A DNA stretch of 64,000 nucleotides, from assembly GCA_902774025.1 (NCBI GenBank), contig CACYGY010000003.1, positions 17,480-81,479 of the forward strand, written 5' to 3'. The notes under the pieces are model-generated. The model made no database searches. It was not told the origin of the DNA and saw only the letters and a list, made by a program, of their open reading frames with translations. The translations under genes were made by a program, and so were the position numbers. Shown piece after piece: positions 7,804 through 16,134 of the stretch. Each line of letters begins with the position of its first letter. Within the stretch, counting starts at the first letter, position 1. This DNA is from an uncultured Eubacteriales bacterium. GTDB lineage: Bacteria > Bacillota > Clostridia > Christensenellales > Aristaeellaceae.

Positions 7804-8220
7804 ATGAGGATTCTCGTCATTGACGGACAGGGCGGACGGCTGGGGCGCAGACTGCTGGAAGGCATCAGGAAAATCTGCCCGGAGGATGAGATCATGGCTG
7901 TGGGCACCAACAGCATGGCGACAGAGAACATGATGAACAGCGGCTGTGCCACGCACCTGGCTACGGGGGAGAATGCCGTGGTGGTGGCCTGCCGTCGGGC
8001 TCAGCTCATCGTGGGGCCTCTGGGGATTGCCATGGCGGATGCTCTGATGGGGGAGATTACGCCGGCCATGGCGGTGGCGGTGACCCGGAGCAGTGCCCGG
8101 AGAATTCTGATCCCCATGAACCTGTGCGATACCTATGTGGCCGGCGTTGCCCGGGGTTCCGGGGCGATCCTGGAGGATGCCCTGGAAATGATACGGAAGG
8201 TGGCGGAGGAAACCCTATGA
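7804..8220 (+). CDS. DUF3842-like small cytoplasmic protein
   Basis: The start MRILVIDGQGGRLG... and a size of about 138 aa match my recollection of the DUF3842 family. GAGGAGG lies 7 nt upstream. Its stop overlaps the next start (ATGA). Confidence 0.55.
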   Translation: MRILVIDGQGGRLGRRLLEGIRKICPEDEIMAVGTNSMATENMMNSGCATHLATGENAVVVACRRAQLIVGPLGIAMADALMGEITPAMAVAVTRSSARRILIPMNLCDTYVAGVARGSGAILEDALEMIRKVAEETL

Positions 8221-8771
8221 GTGAAAGGAGAAAGACGGACCTGCGGGTCCGCAGACTGACCTATGCCGGGCTCTACCTGGCCCTGGCCATGGTGCTTCCG
8301 TTTCTCACCGGGCAGATTCCGCAGATCGGCAGTGCCCTCAGCCCCATGCATATTCCGGTGCTGCTGTGCGGCTTCATGTGCGGCTGGCCCTGGGGTCTGG
8401 CGGTGGGACTGACCGCGCCGCTTCTCCGGTCTGTAACCTTCGGCATGCCTGCGATTTTTCCCCAGGCAGTGGCCATGTCCGCAGAGCTGGCCACCTATGG
8501 CGCGCTGAGCGGCATTCTTCACAGAACCATGCCCCGAAAACCCTGGAGCGTCTATGTAACCCTGATTCTTTCCATGATCGCGGGAAGGGTGGTCTGGGGC
8601 TTTATGCGGTATGTGCTGGCGGGTCTCAGCGGCACGACCTTCACCTTCGCAGCCTTCATGGCGGGGGCCGTGACGCAGGCGGTGCCGGGCATTATTCTTC
8701 ACGTTGTGCTGGTCCCGATTCTGGTGCTCGCCATGGACCGGGTGGGCCTTTCCCTGAACCGGAAGGCCTGA
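8217..8771 (+). CDS. ECF transporter S component (substrate not assignable)
   Basis: About 184 aa with six hydrophobic helices and an N-terminal basic stretch followed by LTYAGLYLALAMVLPF and PMHIPVLLCGF, typical of ECF S components. ATG 8217 overlaps the DUF3842 stop. Confidence 0.7.
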   Translation: MSERRKTDLRVRRLTYAGLYLALAMVLPFLTGQIPQIGSALSPMHIPVLLCGFMCGWPWGLAVGLTAPLLRSVTFGMPAIFPQAVAMSAELATYGALSGILHRTMPRKPWSVYVTLILSMIAGRVVWGFMRYVLAGLSGTTFTFAAFMAGAVTQAVPGIILHVVLVPILVLAMDRVGLSLNRKA

Positions 8772-8790
8772 TTTTGCCCGTATGAGAAAA

Positions 8791-8812
8791 CCGCAGGCAG
8801 AGCCTGCGGCTG
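8791..8812. terminator. Bidirectional terminator between the ECF S component and GtrA
   Basis: CCGCAGG-CAGAG-CCTGCGG flanked by GAAAA and CTGTTTTA. Confidence 0.65.
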
Positions 8813-8814
8813 TT

Positions 8815-9240
8815 TTATTGCCCGGATTTGGATTTCACGGCACTGTCCAGACTGTTGCGGTAGATCACAAAGCGCTGGAAGAGATATTCGGTGACGAAAT
8901 TGACGAGCATGTTGATGCCCTGGACCAGCCAGTCATGCACGCCGGCGTTTGACAGGAGCTGTCCTCCCCAGGTACTGACCGGAGTAAACACCAGGTAGTA
9001 GAGGGCGACCAGGAGCATGCCCCTGCGCACATCGTCATTGGAGCGGAAGGTATACTTCCGGTTGAAGGTGTAATTCCAGAGCACGGAGAGGACCAGGGAA
9101 ATGAGATAGGGTATCCAGTAGGGCCTCATGCCGAGCGCATCGTGGAGAAGAGCGAAGGAGCCGATCTGGATGATGCCGGCAGAAACGGAGAACAGGGTAA
9201 ACTTGATCATCCGCCACATGGTTTCTTTTTTCTGATTCAT
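8815..9240 (-). CDS. GtrA-family membrane protein
   Basis: About 140 aa with four helices and the GtrA-like pattern KFTLFSVSAGIIQIG...WNYTFNRKYTFRS. The ATG at 9240 shares one base with the methyltransferase TGA (TGATG). Confidence 0.75.
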   Translation of the reverse strand: MNQKKETMWRMIKFTLFSVSAGIIQIGSFALLHDALGMRPYWIPYLISLVLSVLWNYTFNRKYTFRSNDDVRRGMLLVALYYLVFTPVSTWGGQLLSNAGVHDWLVQGINMLVNFVTEYLFQRFVIYRNSLDSAVKSKSGQ

Positions 9241-10442
9241 CACATATCACCTCGAATCTGATAAACGCGCCGTCTGCCCAGAACATCCACTGTCAGGAGG
9301 GCAGGCAGATGCCCGGGATCTGTATGGAGAAAAGGAGGGAGGGCCGGTTTCTGGCGGGTACGCCGGGCCCGGCTGCAGACGTGGAACGTATCCTGGTCGA
9401 TCCAGCCTGTGGCCCAGGATTCCAGGGCATCCTCTGGAGATTCCACCTGCGTGCCCTTCAGACCCCGAAGGGCAATGGTTCCGGGGGCGGCGGCTTCCAG
9501 CAGAGGAATGACATCGTCCACGGTGGTTTCCGCGTCCACCTGCATGGGAGATTCCAGGCGGTGTTCGCTGAGGGCCAGCATTTCCTCCCGGATATCCACG
9601 CCGGTGAAACGGCAGTTCAGTGCCTGGGCAGCACAGAGGGTACTGCCGCTGCCGCAGCACAGGTCCACCACCCTGTCACCGGGAAGGACCAGAGGTTTCA
9701 GGAGCCGGCTCAGGAGGGCTATGGGTTTCTGTGTGGACAGGCCCGTGCGTTCAGGGTCTTTCTGCTGCATGACGGGGATATCCGCCCACACGTCGGAGGG
9801 ATAAACCGGTTCGTCCAGATAGTAACGGTATTCCTTTCCCCCGGAGCGGATGGAACGATAAGCGCGCCCGTCCTCATCATGCTGCAGCCGCATGTGGTTA
9901 TGTTTATCCTCCCGGACACCGCAGGGCACGGTCGTGATGTCAAAATGCACGGGTCCGTCCTTCATGAAGAGAAGAATGTTGTCATGCTTGCGGCTGAAAT
10001 GCGACATGGAACGGCCGCCGCTTTCATAGGCCCAGATGATTTCGTTGATGAAATTCTCCCTGCCGAAGACATCCCAGCAGGAGTTCCAGCCCAGGGGGAT
10101 GGAGTGCCAGTCCAGGTGCAGGATAAAGACGCCGCCCGGCATCAGCAGTTCCATGGCATGACGCGTCAGGGAACGGATCATGCCGGCGCTGTCTGCCGAC
10201 CTGTCCGTGTACCCGGGAATGGAGAGGGTGTCCCGGTAGTTTTTCCAGCCCTTTTCCCCCAGAGGCCTTCGGCGCATGAACGTTTTGCCCGTGAGAAAAG
10301 GGGGATCCGAATAGACAACCCTGGCGCTTCCCCGGATGGACTCCAGTGCCGGAAGGGAAGGCTCAAGGAGGTCAGCCTGAATGAGGCGGTTTTCGTCCCC
10401 GCCATAGCGGGTATGCAGAACTTTGCGGATTTCAGTGGTCAT
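9240..10442 (-). CDS. Beta-class N6-adenine/N4-cytosine type methyltransferase with a C-terminal extension of about 100 aa
   Basis: Motif IV-like SDPPF (residues 45-49) precedes motif I-like VDLCCGSGST (residues 259-268), which is the permuted order of the N6_N4 MTase family. No endonuclease gene is adjacent. Confidence 0.75.
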   Translation of the reverse strand: MTTEIRKVLHTRYGGDENRLIQADLLEPSLPALESIRGSARVVYSDPPFLTGKTFMRRRPLGEKGWKNYRDTLSIPGYTDRSADSAGMIRSLTRHAMELLMPGGVFILHLDWHSIPLGWNSCWDVFGRENFINEIIWAYESGGRSMSHFSRKHDNILLFMKDGPVHFDITTVPCGVREDKHNHMRLQHDEDGRAYRSIRSGGKEYRYYLDEPVYPSDVWADIPVMQQKDPERTGLSTQKPIALLSRLLKPLVLPGDRVVDLCCGSGSTLCAAQALNCRFTGVDIREEMLALSEHRLESPMQVDAETTVDDVIPLLEAAAPGTIALRGLKGTQVESPEDALESWATGWIDQDTFHVCSRARRTRQKPALPPFLHTDPGHLPALLTVDVLGRRRVYQIRGDM

Positions 10443-10917
10443 TCCGGGTTCTTCTCCATTCCTTCAGTTCGTCCTGTTCCCGGGTTCTCTCCTGCAGGAA
10501 AGCAAGTCCCTGCTCACTGCCGGCCAGGATCTGACCGGCCTTCCGGACACGGTTCACAAAATCAGGCAGGAGTCCGGAAGATCCGGATGAGAACATGGGG
10601 CATACGTAACGTGCCCGCTCGTCCATTTCCACCCTGATTTCCCCCTGCCGCAGGACAGGCAGCAGGGGAAAGATCCGGCAGGAGAGGGGGCGGAGGGACC
10701 TGTCGCAGGTACCTTCACAGACAATCAGGTTCCGGTTTCCCACCAGACGGAAGCCCGGAAGATGCGCAAAGAGCGCCTCCTCTCCGGGAAAGGGCAGCAT
10801 GCCGGTTTCCTCGCCTTCAAGGCTTCTGCAGCAGCGGCTGCCGCAGAGCAGACCGCAGTCCTGCTGGAGAGGCGTGGCTGTGTCCAGCAGAGTACGGAGG
10901 ACAACGGGATCACACAT
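10432..10917 (-). CDS. YkgJ-family cysteine-cluster protein (CxxCxxCC type)
   Basis: N-terminal Cys cluster CGLLCGSRCC plus later Cys residues. ATG 10917 (MCDPVV) lies 6 nt after AAAGGAG; the track start at 10950 lacks an SD. The 3' end overlaps the methyltransferase start by 11 nt. Confidence 0.65.
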   Translation of the reverse strand: MCDPVVLRTLLDTATPLQQDCGLLCGSRCCRSLEGEETGMLPFPGEEALFAHLPGFRLVGNRNLIVCEGTCDRSLRPLSCRIFPLLPVLRQGEIRVEMDERARYVCPMFSSGSSGLLPDFVNRVRKAGQILAGSEQGLAFLQERTREQDELKEWRRTRNDH

Positions 10918-10942
10918 ACGCGGCTCCTTTTTATCTGATTTT

Positions 10943-12214
10943 TCAGGCATGCCTTGGCATGGACAGAGCCGCTCTTCCCTGTCCCCTGAGGGTCAGGGCG
11001 GGGGCGGATGCAGGGATGTAAAGAGTCTCTCCGGCGGCGAGATTCATGGACTGGCAGGCAAAGCATACCTCCAGCGTGCCTTCCAGACCGGTAAGGAAGC
11101 CGAAATCCCGGATTTCGGGCATTTCCAGGCTGTCTGCGGGATGGAGCAGGTCCAGGGTGAAATAGGTTTCATTCAGAACCCGGACACAGACTCCCTCCGG
11201 CGCGTGAATGGGGGAGGGCTGCAGGGACAGGTCCGTCACGTCCAGGGCCTGGGCAAGGTGCAGGGCACGCCGGCGGCCCTGGCTGTCGGTGCGGTCCCAG
11301 TCATAGAAGCGGTAGGTGATATCGGAGGACTGCTGGATTTCATAGAGGAGGATGCCGCTTCCGATGGCGTGCACACAGCCTGCTGGGATATAGCACACAT
11401 CTCCGGGACGGACCTTGACCTTGCGCAGCAGGGGCTCCACGGCGGCGCCCTTTTCGCAGGCCCTGCGGAGCTCCTCCATGGTCACGCCCTCCCGGATGCC
11501 GTAGACCAGTTCACTGCCTTCCGGGGCATCCAGGATCAGCCAGGCCTCTGTCTTGCCCAGCTTGCCGTTCTCGTGGGACCGGGCATAGGCATCGTCGGGG
11601 TGCACCTGAACGGAAAGGCGGTCCCGGGCATCGATAAGCTTGAGGAGCAGCGGGAAGGCCTGGTCATGATAGAAACCGCAGAAGGATCGGCCATAGCGGT
11701 CCTTCAGGGTCTGCAGGGGCGTGCCGGCGTCATCCGTGGAGTTCAGTTCCGGGACGCAGCTGGCTTCCAGGCTTTCTCCCGTGGGCACTTCCAGGAGCGG
11801 TTTTCCATACACGGTCCGCAGCTTTTCCCCGCCCCAGGGGGTCAGACTGCCGCCCCGGAAGGCGGGATGCATCCGCAGGGGCAGCAGGGGACAGTCGGGG
11901 GTGAGAGGGCATTCAAAGGCAGCGGGGACCGCGCCTTCCGGGGTGGCCTCGCGCATGGAATCCCGGAAAAGGTCTGCGTTTTCCGCAGCGGAAAGGAGGC
12001 GGAGACTGTCATAGCCCAGACGCCGCGCTTCTTCCCGGAGGCGGGAAAGGGCTTCCGCTTCCGGAATGCCCTGGGGAACCAGCTGATCCAGAACCAGGGG
12101 ACGGATCCCGAAAAGCCACCCCGTCTGGGGAAGGGGAGACTCTGAAACGGCATAGGAAAGACCGGGCAGTGTCCTTGCAGGGCAACTGTGAGAAACGGAG
12201 AGTACCAGATTCAT
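10943..12214 (-). CDS. manA: Type I phosphomannose isomerase with an N-terminal extension of about 110 aa
   Basis: Contains the PMI motifs TPWGGEKL, LSVQVHPDD, KTEAWLIL and YIPAGCVHAIG. Only the ATG at 12214 has an SD (AAAGGAG); the internal ATGs at 11956 and 11872 have none. Confidence 0.8.
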   Translation of the reverse strand: MNLVLSVSHSCPARTLPGLSYAVSESPLPQTGWLFGIRPLVLDQLVPQGIPEAEALSRLREEARRLGYDSLRLLSAAENADLFRDSMREATPEGAVPAAFECPLTPDCPLLPLRMHPAFRGGSLTPWGGEKLRTVYGKPLLEVPTGESLEASCVPELNSTDDAGTPLQTLKDRYGRSFCGFYHDQAFPLLLKLIDARDRLSVQVHPDDAYARSHENGKLGKTEAWLILDAPEGSELVYGIREGVTMEELRRACEKGAAVEPLLRKVKVRPGDVCYIPAGCVHAIGSGILLYEIQQSSDITYRFYDWDRTDSQGRRRALHLAQALDVTDLSLQPSPIHAPEGVCVRVLNETYFTLDLLHPADSLEMPEIRDFGFLTGLEGTLEVCFACQSMNLAAGETLYIPASAPALTLRGQGRAALSMPRHA

Positions 12215-12220
12215 GACGGG

Positions 12221-14011
12221 TCAGCTCCTTTCGCTTGTCTCCGGCCGGTTTCCTTCCGGAGCCTGATCGGTGGTATACATGTCGTACATATGGGCATAAA
12301 GGCCGCCCCGGTGCATCAGCTCTTCATGAGTGCCCATCTCCTCCACTCCCTTTTCCGTGAGGACAAAGATCACGTCAGCCCGGCGGATGGTGGTGAGACG
12401 GTGGGCAATGGTGAAAACGGTCCGGCCCTGGGCCAGCTGTTCCAGAGACTGCTGCACAAGGTGCTCGCTTTCATTGTCCAGGGCGGAGGTGGCCTCATCC
12501 AGAATCAGGATAGGCGGGTTTTTGAGGAAGACCCGGGCAATGGAGATGCGCTGCTTCTGTCCGCCGGACAGACGCACGCCCCGCTCGCCCACATAGGTGT
12601 CGTATCCCTGGGGGAGCATTTTGATGAAGTCATGGGCGCCCGCCAGTTTTGCGGCCTCCATGGCCTGTTCACGGGTGGCCCCGGGCAGGCCATAGAGGAT
12701 ATTGTCCATGACGGTGCCGGAGAAGAGGTAGACATCCTGCTGCACCATGCCGATGGCCCGGCGCAGGCTCTGCTGCTTCAGGTCCCGGACATCGTGCCCG
12801 TCCACAAGGATCCGGCCGCCGCTTACGTCATAGAACCGGGGGATCAGGTTGCAGAAAGTGGTTTTTCCGCTGCCGCTGGGCCCCACCAGGGCAACGGACT
12901 GGCCCGGCCGGACCGTCAGGGACAGATCATGGAGAATTTCCGTGTCATCGTCTGAATAGTGGAAGGTGACATGATCGAAGGTCACCTCGCCCTTCACATC
13001 CGAAAGAGTTGCAGCCCCCGGCCTGTCCTGGATTTCCTCCGGAGCGTCCATGATTTCGAAGAAGCGCTCAATGCCGGTCATGCCCCGCTGGAACTGCTCC
13101 ACAAACTCCACAATCCGCCGGATGGCGGCCAGAAGCACCTGTGCGAAGAGCAGATAAGCGGTAAAGTCGGGCACGGAAAGCGTGCCGTTGTGGATGAACA
13201 GAGCGCCGGCCACCACGATGATGATGTACATCAGGCCGTCGAAAACCCGGGTGCAGGTGCCGAATTCCGCCATGTACCGGTAGGAGACGGCCTTGAGTGT
13301 GAGGAAGTGTTCGTTGCCGGCGCGGAACTTTTCCTCCTCAATGGTCTCATTGGCAAAACTCTTGACCACCCGGATTCCCAGAAGACTGTCCTCCACCTGG
13401 GCGTTGATCTCACCCACCTGCCGGTTCCGGGCCTTGAAGGCCTCACGGAATTTCCGGTTATAGTGCCGGGCAGCCCAGACCATCAGGGGAATAACGGCAA
13501 ACATGAGGAGGGTGAGCACTGGATTCATGCGCACAAGGAGCACAAAACTGACGACCAGTTTTACTCCGGCGATGAGGAATTCCTCGGGGCAGTGATGACT
13601 GAACTCAGTCACCTCGAACAGGTCCGAGGTGATCCTGGACATAATCTGTCCCACCTTGGTCTGGGAGAAATATCCGAAGGACAGCTGCTGAAGGTGGTGG
13701 AACAGGTCCGAGCGCATGTCCGTTTCCAGTTTTGAACCCATGATGTGGCCCACGGACTGCATATAGTAATTGGCCAGGGCATCCACGATGCGGAGAATCA
13801 GATAAAAGGCGCCGATGCGAAGCACGAAGCCCGGGAGGAGCTGAGCGGGGCCTTCCGGGGAGAGGGCGACATTGGTGATTCTGCGGACGATCATGGGAAG
13901 AAAGAGGTCGCACACTGTGGTAAAGGCCGCGCAGAACAGGTCAAACAGAAGTGTTTTGCGATACTTCCGGTAATATGGAAGAAAGCGGCGGATCAGGGTG
14001 GATGTTCGCAT
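12221..14011 (-). CDS. ABC exporter, fused permease/ATPase (MsbA-like half transporter)
   Basis: Six-helix TMD followed by an NBD with GPSGSGKTT, LSGGQKQR and ILILDEATSALD. ATG 14011 (MRTSTLIRRF) is preceded by AAGGGAG. The track ORF extension to 14992 is shadow sequence. Confidence 0.9.
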   Translation of the reverse strand: MRTSTLIRRFLPYYRKYRKTLLFDLFCAAFTTVCDLFLPMIVRRITNVALSPEGPAQLLPGFVLRIGAFYLILRIVDALANYYMQSVGHIMGSKLETDMRSDLFHHLQQLSFGYFSQTKVGQIMSRITSDLFEVTEFSHHCPEEFLIAGVKLVVSFVLLVRMNPVLTLLMFAVIPLMVWAARHYNRKFREAFKARNRQVGEINAQVEDSLLGIRVVKSFANETIEEEKFRAGNEHFLTLKAVSYRYMAEFGTCTRVFDGLMYIIIVVAGALFIHNGTLSVPDFTAYLLFAQVLLAAIRRIVEFVEQFQRGMTGIERFFEIMDAPEEIQDRPGAATLSDVKGEVTFDHVTFHYSDDDTEILHDLSLTVRPGQSVALVGPSGSGKTTFCNLIPRFYDVSGGRILVDGHDVRDLKQQSLRRAIGMVQQDVYLFSGTVMDNILYGLPGATREQAMEAAKLAGAHDFIKMLPQGYDTYVGERGVRLSGGQKQRISIARVFLKNPPILILDEATSALDNESEHLVQQSLEQLAQGRTVFTIAHRLTTIRRADVIFVLTEKGVEEMGTHEELMHRGGLYAHMYDMYTTDQAPEGNRPETSERS

Positions 14012-14058
14012 GGTCAGAACTCCCTTTCTGTGAACCGGGCTCGTGCAAAGCCCCGGAT

Positions 14059-14087
14059 ATTGTATCATGAAGGCATGGGCTGAACAA
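14059..14087 (-). promoter_or_regulatory. Promoter of the ABC exporter-manA-ykgJ-MTase-gtrA operon
   Basis: Minus strand reads TTGTTC, 17-nt spacer, TGaTACAAT. Confidence 0.55.
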
Positions 14088-14230
14088 GAAAAAATCAGGA
14101 AGAAACCCATCCTGTGCAGGTGGGCGGATGCCAGGGAAAATCCATACGGGAAGGTCGGGATGCCTTTTCGGAATGACGGGGGTGTGATAAAATCAGCATA
14201 CTTCCGTCCCGGAAGGGGAAAGGACAGTTT

Positions 14231-14725
14231 ATGCGGGAAGAGATCAGAGGGAATCCGGGCATCACCGTTTTCCGGGTCCTGTTCCGGGTGTTCGGCTCCA
14301 TTGGCCTTGTCTATATCCTTGTGGCCACTGCCTTTCATTTTCTGGACAGTCCCGATCCGCTCCCGATGATCTTCGGCATTCTGGGGACCTGCTTTGCTGC
14401 TGCCGCCCTGGTCATGCTGTGGCTGGAAAAACGGAAAAACCGCCGCATGGAGGAACTGCTGAGGAACGGAAAGGTGCTGACCTGCACCGTGACAGGAATC
14501 ACGGTGGACGCAAGGATAAGGGTGAACGGACATTTCATGCAGGTGGCGGAATGCGCCTGGACGGACCCTGTGAGCAATGTGGTGCATGTGTTCCGGAGCC
14601 GCGGGCTGACCCACTGTCCCCGGTCCGTCATCGGTCAGGAAGTCAAAGTGTATGTGGATCGGAACTCGGATCATGACTACTACGTGGACATGGACGCAAT
14701 CCTGCCCAAAATGGTCATACACTGA
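14231..14725 (+). CDS. Membrane protein with two N-terminal helices and a C-terminal beta-rich domain (DUF3592-like)
   Basis: Two hydrophobic helices (res 12-35 and 44-66) are followed by a soluble domain of about 95 aa. SD GGAAAGGA lies 6 nt upstream. Confidence 0.5.
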   Translation: MREEIRGNPGITVFRVLFRVFGSIGLVYILVATAFHFLDSPDPLPMIFGILGTCFAAAALVMLWLEKRKNRRMEELLRNGKVLTCTVTGITVDARIRVNGHFMQVAECAWTDPVSNVVHVFRSRGLTHCPRSVIGQEVKVYVDRNSDHDYYVDMDAILPKMVIH

Positions 14726-14731
14726 ACCATC

Positions 14732-14760
14732 TTGCGGGAAAACGGGGCTTTTGTTAGAAT
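14732..14760 (+). promoter_or_regulatory. Promoter of plsX-acpP-rnc
   Basis: TTGCGG, 17-nt spacer, TGtTAGAAT. Confidence 0.5.
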
Positions 14761-14792
14761 AGACCGATGAATGTGAAAGGCAGGCGAAAAGC

Positions 14793-15803
14793 ATGCGCAT
14801 TTTTCTGGATGCCATGGGAGGCGACAACGCTCCGAAGGCGCCCGTGGAAGGAGCCCTGGAGGCTCTGCGGGAGAATCCGGAACTGACGATTGTGCTGGCG
14901 GGAGACCTGAAGCAGGTGGAACCGCTTCTGAAGGACTGTGAGGACGTGCGCGGCCGCATTGAACTGCTGGACGCGCCGGAGGTGATCACCAATGACGAAA
15001 GCCCTGTGATGGGCGTCCGTCAGAAGAAGAAGAGCGCCACGGTGATCGGCATGCTGCAGCTGAAGGAAAAGCAGGTGGATGGTTTTGTGTCCGCCGGTTC
15101 CACCGGGGCGGTCCTGGCGGGAGGCATGTTCCGTCTCGGACGTGTGCCCGGGATTGAGCGCCCGGCACTGGCGCCGATTCTCCCGAACGGCAAACCTCTG
15201 GGCGCGCTCCTCATTGACTGCGGCGCCAATGTGGACTGCAAGCCGGATTATCTGCTCCAGTTCGGCATGATGGGCAGCATTTACATGCGGGATGTGATGA
15301 AGGTCTCCAATCCCAGGGTCGGTCTGATCAATATCGGCGTGGAGAGCGACAAGGGCAATGAGCTGGTGAAGACGGTCTATCCCATGATGGAAAAGGCGCC
15401 CTACAACTTCGTGGGGAACGTGGAAGCCCGGGAGATTACCAATGACGTGGCTGATGTGCTGGTGTGCGACGGCTTTTGCGGCAACCTGGTGTTGAAATTC
15501 ATGGAAGGTGTGGCGGGTACCCTGCTGGGAATGATCAAGAAGGTGCTGATGAGCGGTCTTCGCTCCAAGCTGGGTGCTCTGCTGGCCAAGCCGGCTTTCC
15601 GCAGACTGAAAAAGGCCATGGATTATTCCGAGGTGGGCGGTGCGCCGCTGCTGGGCGTGCAGGGCTGTGTGGTGAAGGCCCATGGGTCCAGCGACGGTCA
15701 TGCCCTGTGCTGTGCCATCCGGCAGCTGAAAAGGATGATTGATGCGGATGTGCCTGCCACCATCGCCAAAGGTGTCCTGGCCATGAGGGGCGAAGAAAAG
15801 TGA
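14793..15803 (+). CDS. plsX: Phosphate acyltransferase PlsX
   Basis: N-terminus MRIFLDAMGGDNAP and the overall pattern are characteristic of PlsX. acpP and rnc follow, as in other Firmicutes. Confidence 0.95.
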   Translation: MRIFLDAMGGDNAPKAPVEGALEALRENPELTIVLAGDLKQVEPLLKDCEDVRGRIELLDAPEVITNDESPVMGVRQKKKSATVIGMLQLKEKQVDGFVSAGSTGAVLAGGMFRLGRVPGIERPALAPILPNGKPLGALLIDCGANVDCKPDYLLQFGMMGSIYMRDVMKVSNPRVGLINIGVESDKGNELVKTVYPMMEKAPYNFVGNVEAREITNDVADVLVCDGFCGNLVLKFMEGVAGTLLGMIKKVLMSGLRSKLGALLAKPAFRRLKKAMDYSEVGGAPLLGVQGCVVKAHGSSDGHALCCAIRQLKRMIDADVPATIAKGVLAMRGEEK

Positions 15804-15858
15804 TGCAGGGTCCCGCGGGGCGGGCTGCGATAGAACTGAAAAACGAGGAGGAATACCC

Positions 15859-16083
15859 ATGTTTGAAAAAGTACGCAAAATGATTGCTGACCAGCTGAAA
15901 CTGGAGGAAAGCGCCATCACCCGTGAATCCAGACTGATTGACGATCTGCACGCGGACAGCGCCAACATCATGGTCATGATCATGGACCTGGAAGACCAGC
16001 TTGGCATCACCGTGGAAGATGATCAGATCATGAAGATGAAGACGGTGGGCGACGTGGTGGATTACATCGAAAAGCATCATTGA
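15859..16083 (+). CDS. acpP: Acyl carrier protein
   Basis: 74 aa with the phosphopantetheine-attachment context DDLHADSANIM, and conserved position between plsX and rnc. Confidence 0.9.
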   Translation: MFEKVRKMIADQLKLEESAITRESRLIDDLHADSANIMVMIMDLEDQLGITVEDDQIMKMKTVGDVVDYIEKHH

Positions 16084-16093
16084 GCCTGAAAAC

Positions 16094-16117
16094 CTCCGGC
16101 GAATGCCGGAGTTTTTT
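16094..16117 (+). terminator. Hairpin plus T-tract between acpP and rnc (partial terminator/attenuator)
   Basis: CTCCGGC-GAAT-GCCGGAG followed by TTTTTT, 18 nt before the rnc ATG. Confidence 0.6.
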
Positions 16118-16134
16118 GACCGGAGGAAGGGTTT

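Noticed and set aside
9240-10442. The methyltransferase as part of a restriction-modification or other defence system.
   Set aside because: No endonuclease, specificity, helicase or nuclease-like ORF lies within the operon or within several kb. The neighbours are PMI, YkgJ, GtrA and an exporter. It is treated as an orphan enzyme instead.
9309-12145. Plus-strand ORFs 9309-10637 (442 aa) and 10799-12145 (448 aa).
   Set aside because: These are shadows of the methyltransferase and PMI genes. Their products lack motifs, whereas the minus-strand products contain the DPPF/GSGST and PMI signatures.
14012-14992. The upstream 327 codons of the 923-aa ORF 12221..14992.
   Set aside because: The ABC exporter clearly begins at MRTSTLIRRF (ATG 14011, with an SD). 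The extension is Ser/Arg/His-rich, runs through a divergent promoter region, and overlaps the plus-strand 14231-14725 gene and plsX.
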